Of a stretch of 64,000 nt of DNA, positions 60,516-64,000 are shown piece after piece. This DNA is from Ostrea edulis (lineage: Eukaryota), in NCBI RefSeq assembly GCF_947568905.1, contig NC_079172.1:48918001-48982000 (forward strand). Reading direction: 5' to 3'. The notes beneath the pieces are model-generated. The model had not been told where the DNA came from. It saw nothing but the letters and a program-made list of their open reading frames with translations, and searched no databases. Each line of letters starts with the position of its first letter. Position 1 is the first letter of the stretch. The position numbers and the translations under genes are program-made.

Positions 60516-62635
60516 ATATGGTGTTTATATATCTCAAGCAAGAGCTTGTTCTGCGTATGGTCAGTTTTTAAATCGAGGCAGGCTACTGACAAACAGGTTG
60601 ATGGTGCTGGGGTTTCAACATTCTCGTTTAAAGTCAGCATTTCGCAAATTCTATGGTCGTAATAACGATCTAGTTTGCCAATACAACCTACCACTGGGTC
60701 AAATGCTGTCTGACGTGTTTCATACCGAATGTTAGACCGTTCGTGACCCATTGATTTTGACTACGGATAACTCCGTTTACCTGATCAAGATATAAGGGTG
60801 TGACCGGTCGACAGAGAATGCTTACTCCTCCTAGGCACCTAATCCCAACTCTGGTATGTCCATGGGTCCGCGTGTTCACAACTCTATTTTGTATTGCTTA
60901 TAGGAGTTATGCGATAGATTACTGTTTGTTATATTCACCTTTCACGATCTTGGTATGACGAGTTCAAAGTACTAACGGTGATCGAACCCACAACCTCCCG
61001 GTCATGACGCCCACGACCAAACCATTAAGTCACCACTACCAACAAATAAACACAGCCAGGTGTGTTTTGTTAAAGATATTGACACCTAGTTGTGTGCTTC
61101 TACGAAATAAACACAAACATGTGTGCTTGTAAAGTGAGTTATCATGTTCATGTGTCTATTTGAAAAATTTCACCCAGAAACTGTAGTATGATGACATTGT
61201 GTGTTTTTTGTTTGTTGTTCGCTTATTTCTTTTTTACGCCCCTTCCAAAAAAATTCAATCATATTGAGACGTCACCAGGTGTGAATGAATGTTTATTTAT
61301 TAAAGTATTCAAAGTCACTGGGTCAAAGTGCAATGCATTTTAAGTCACATGTATTTACATAGTCAGGTTCAGGCATAGAACCAAATATATTTTTATCCTT
61401 GCAATTTTTTTTGGTCTTCACCAGGTGTATGTGAAGTACCACAAATTTAAACAAATCATATTTGTCACAATTTGTAATAATGGCATGGAAATAATCTCTC
61501 GCTGCAAACCGTTCTTTGGAGAAAGATAAAGACTATGTGCAAATAAGTTTATTATCGTGCTCACTAATTTAGCAAGTAACATCTACACTCATCCACCACT
61601 CATACAGGTAACAAAAGAAATGAATTTACAGACGATGACACGTGACCCGACCAATGCTAAATGTTTATCTATGTTTATGTTGCCTTATGTAGGAAAATCA
61701 GCAGACTTGTCTCTTGAATTCAAAATAAGTTACACAGGATGGCGAAACAAAATACGTTGACTAAAGAGTTACCACACTTTACACAACACAGTCGTTGGCT
61801 GTCTTCATACACGTGGCGATACTTTGTCCATCATTCGCTCAACGTTTCTGTAGCCGTAAACGTATTTCCTGTATTTCTATAGGTCGTTTTCCAAAGCTGT
61901 TCATCTGATACCTCAGAACGCCATAATATACATGTTACGAGCACCTGATCGAGCCATACAATACACAGCTGGTCACCTATAATTACACAGTAACGGCAGG
62001 GGTTTTTACGTATACACTACATACACTGAAAACTTGAATACGTCGGGTATATTGTGTAATACAAACAATTACACAAATCTAAAATAGTGACAACATTTCC
62101 TATCGTAAACAAAAATAAACAGTTCACACTCACTGCTATCGAAATGCTCAAAATTGTGTTTTCACTTTCCACACAGGAACATCATTCGAACACCCGTACT
62201 ATATGTACATACAATGCAGGCCCAGTAAACCACACAGGTAAAACTCTCGACCACACAGGTCTATCGTTTTCACACATGGGAACGACACACCTTCCCACTT
62301 CCACGGCCTGGTCTGAACTAATACGTAAGCATTTACAAACCGGTCTGACAGCCGTGACCAGCTATCCGTAACGAATATATAGTGGGAAACTATGGAACGC
62401 CACAACAAGTGTAATAAAACAAACTCAAATTGTGACAGTATTCATTCGTAACAAAACTCAAATATTGAAACGAAACCGTTTTCAATGCATATTCGCATTT
62501 TATACCCCATACGTAATCAAATCCATCACGATAGATTTCTTTTTAAAGTCTATATCCCATACAATCGTGATATGTGAAATTAATTTTTGATTCACATGTC
62601 TTCAGCTGTTACAATACTGTTCAATATTCTTTTAA

Positions 62636-62700
62636 GGTGGCTCACTGCACCTAAAAATAGTTTCTCAAATGAGTACGGATTGATTTAATCATAAATGATA
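62636..62700 (+). mobile_element. Kolobok-like left terminus
   Basis: TTAA|GGTGGCTCACTGCACCTAAAAATAG. The partner end is not in the window. Confidence 0.5.
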
Positions 62701-62945
62701 TGGAATCAAGGGAACTCGTACCCAGGAGAACTGTAACCCATTTTGTCTTTCGGAGTCAAATCCAAGGTAATTTTCCAACTTTTATTACAAGTAAAGAGTT
62801 TACCAACAACTCTCCAACTCTTTCTACTTCTCTTTTTCTTCTCTCCTTCCCTCTACTCTCAAAGCACAAAATACATGAGTATTTATATTATTTTCCAAGG
62901 ACAAACAATTCCGATTGACTCTGTCCACCTATGGCACTTTTTTTT

Positions 62946-63128
62946 GCCAGATGGATACCGCATATATTGACAGATGACCAAAAACGGGTACGAGTACAAA
63001 CCGCTAAGTGATTGCTCAAAATATTTCCCAAATTCAATCAAAGACAATTTGCAAACATTGTTGCTGGTGACGACACATGGGGTCACTATTTCGAACCAGT
63101 AAAAAAAATTGGAAACAAAATATGGCCA
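62946..63128 (+). pseudogene. Mariner transposase fragment (start of the catalytic domain)
   Basis: ARWIPHILTDDQKRVRVQTAK*LLKIFPKFNQRQFANIVAGDDTWGHYFEPVKKIGNKIW matches the mariner WVPH(E)L and TGDETW motifs, with one in-frame stop. Confidence 0.85.
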
Positions 63129-63334
63129 ATCTGATTAAAATAAGATCTTTGATCCGCTCCGTTATTGTTATGTCGCTACACAAAGATCTGAAGACATCCC
63201 GTGTGGGGTCACGTCGGTGTCAACTTTGGTTTGGCCAATCAAATCGTCACTGCTTACATCTTTGGATGTAAAAGTAAATAACGGTAAGCCTCGAAAAGTT
63301 CCGAATGTTTAAACTTCCGAATGAAAAAAAAAAC

Positions 63335-63681
63335 ATGGCAGCGCCAGTTGGAACACATGGGAGTACTCGGACTACCCCACGAAAAGTCTATCCTCTGGGG
63401 AACATTTGCCTTATCTGTGGGTTTTCATTTGTGAGCAAATCTGTTGACACTGATGGCAACATTAAAATCAACAAATACCTGGACAAAAAACTCCGACTTT
63501 CCACGGACCGAATGAAAGTTTTGAAAGATGTGTGCGGAATTTCGGATAGTGTGGTATATCCAACTGACACAGGTGTGTGTCAGAAGTGTTTCAGAAGTAC
63601 CGAAAGAGTATTAAAACTGGAAAAGGAAGCAGCAACTATGAGGGAATCTTTTAAAGCATCTGTTCAACTCACACTGCAAAG
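63335..63681 (+). CDS. Probable first coding exon of a CxxC...CxxC (zf-AD/ZAD-like) protein, likely transposon-borne
   Basis: AACATGG start context. MAAPVG...NICLICGFSF...GVCQKCFRSTERVLKLEKEAATMRESFK. Donor AAG|GTCAGT at 63682. The remainder lies outside the window. Confidence 0.65.
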
Positions 63682-64000
63682 GTCAGTCACATTTAAATAA
63701 CCCTGCTCACTTTAGAAAGTCGATAAATACCCCCGTGACCTTTTTTCCCCCAACTTCAAAATGGCAAGCCAAACTCGTTGATAGAATACAACTCACTAGG
63801 TTCATATACGTTTATAACTGCATATTTAATCGATTTTAAATCAATAAGTATCAAAGTCTTAAGTAAGTGTGTGTGTTGAAGGGGGGAATCACTTTCATGC
63901 AGATTTTGTTCAACATATTATTGCCATAAAGATATTTCATTTGTTTCAATATGTGTGGCTTTAATAATAAAAAAAAATCTTGATCTTATGATTTACCTTC

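Larger units (their letters stand above)
58855..60945 (+). mobile_element. Largest Penelope-like element copy: disrupted RT plus 3' terminal repeat, with two nested insertions
   Basis: RYIAGSSKCPTKPLS, YDFSTLYTTIPHDKLK, GIPMGTNCAPLLADLF, FNSTFRYI, IYPCELEIKDT, YGVYISQ and KSAFRKFYGRNNDL...MLSDVFHTEC* (stop 60733-60735), then the repeat ending TTCACCTTTCA. Confidence 0.9.

Noticed and set aside
60760-60880. Possible ribozyme or SECIS in the Penelope-like terminal repeat
   Set aside because: Hairpins can be drawn, but I found no hammerhead core, no complete HDV fold and no SECIS quartet by eye.

Overview
This is AT-rich, repeat-dense eukaryotic DNA. The repeat families and the neuropeptide suggest a bivalve mollusc, probably an oyster (inference). 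One intact gene is clear: a two-exon LASGLVamide-type neuropeptide precursor, join(56337..56374,56469..57531), 366 aa. It has a signal peptide and 23 basic-site-delimited peptide units, and the ORF track shows only its last 237 aa. Two further coding pieces are present: the probable last exons of an unidentified + strand gene (1042-1111, possibly 5546-5564), and a CxxC...CxxC (zf-AD/ZAD-like) first exon at 63335-63681 behind a Kolobok-like terminus. The rest is mobile and repetitive DNA. It includes decayed Penelope-like RT copies and their terminal repeat, two SINE families, Helentron-type elements carrying satellites, Kolobok, Tc1/pogo/mariner and 10-bp-TSD MITEs, a CR1-group LINE remnant, three large minisatellites and one 134-nt assembly gap. 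The most notable signal outside the ORF track is a 351-nt unit bounded by two tandem type I hammerhead ribozymes on the minus strand (29410-29858, retrozyme-like). A tRNA-containing 130-bp LTR with a tRNA-His primer site (Helenus-like TRIM) lies at 7043-7185. No CRISPR array, rRNA or genuine tRNA gene was found. Boundaries of decayed repeats are approximate, and all family names come from recalled motifs rather than database searches.
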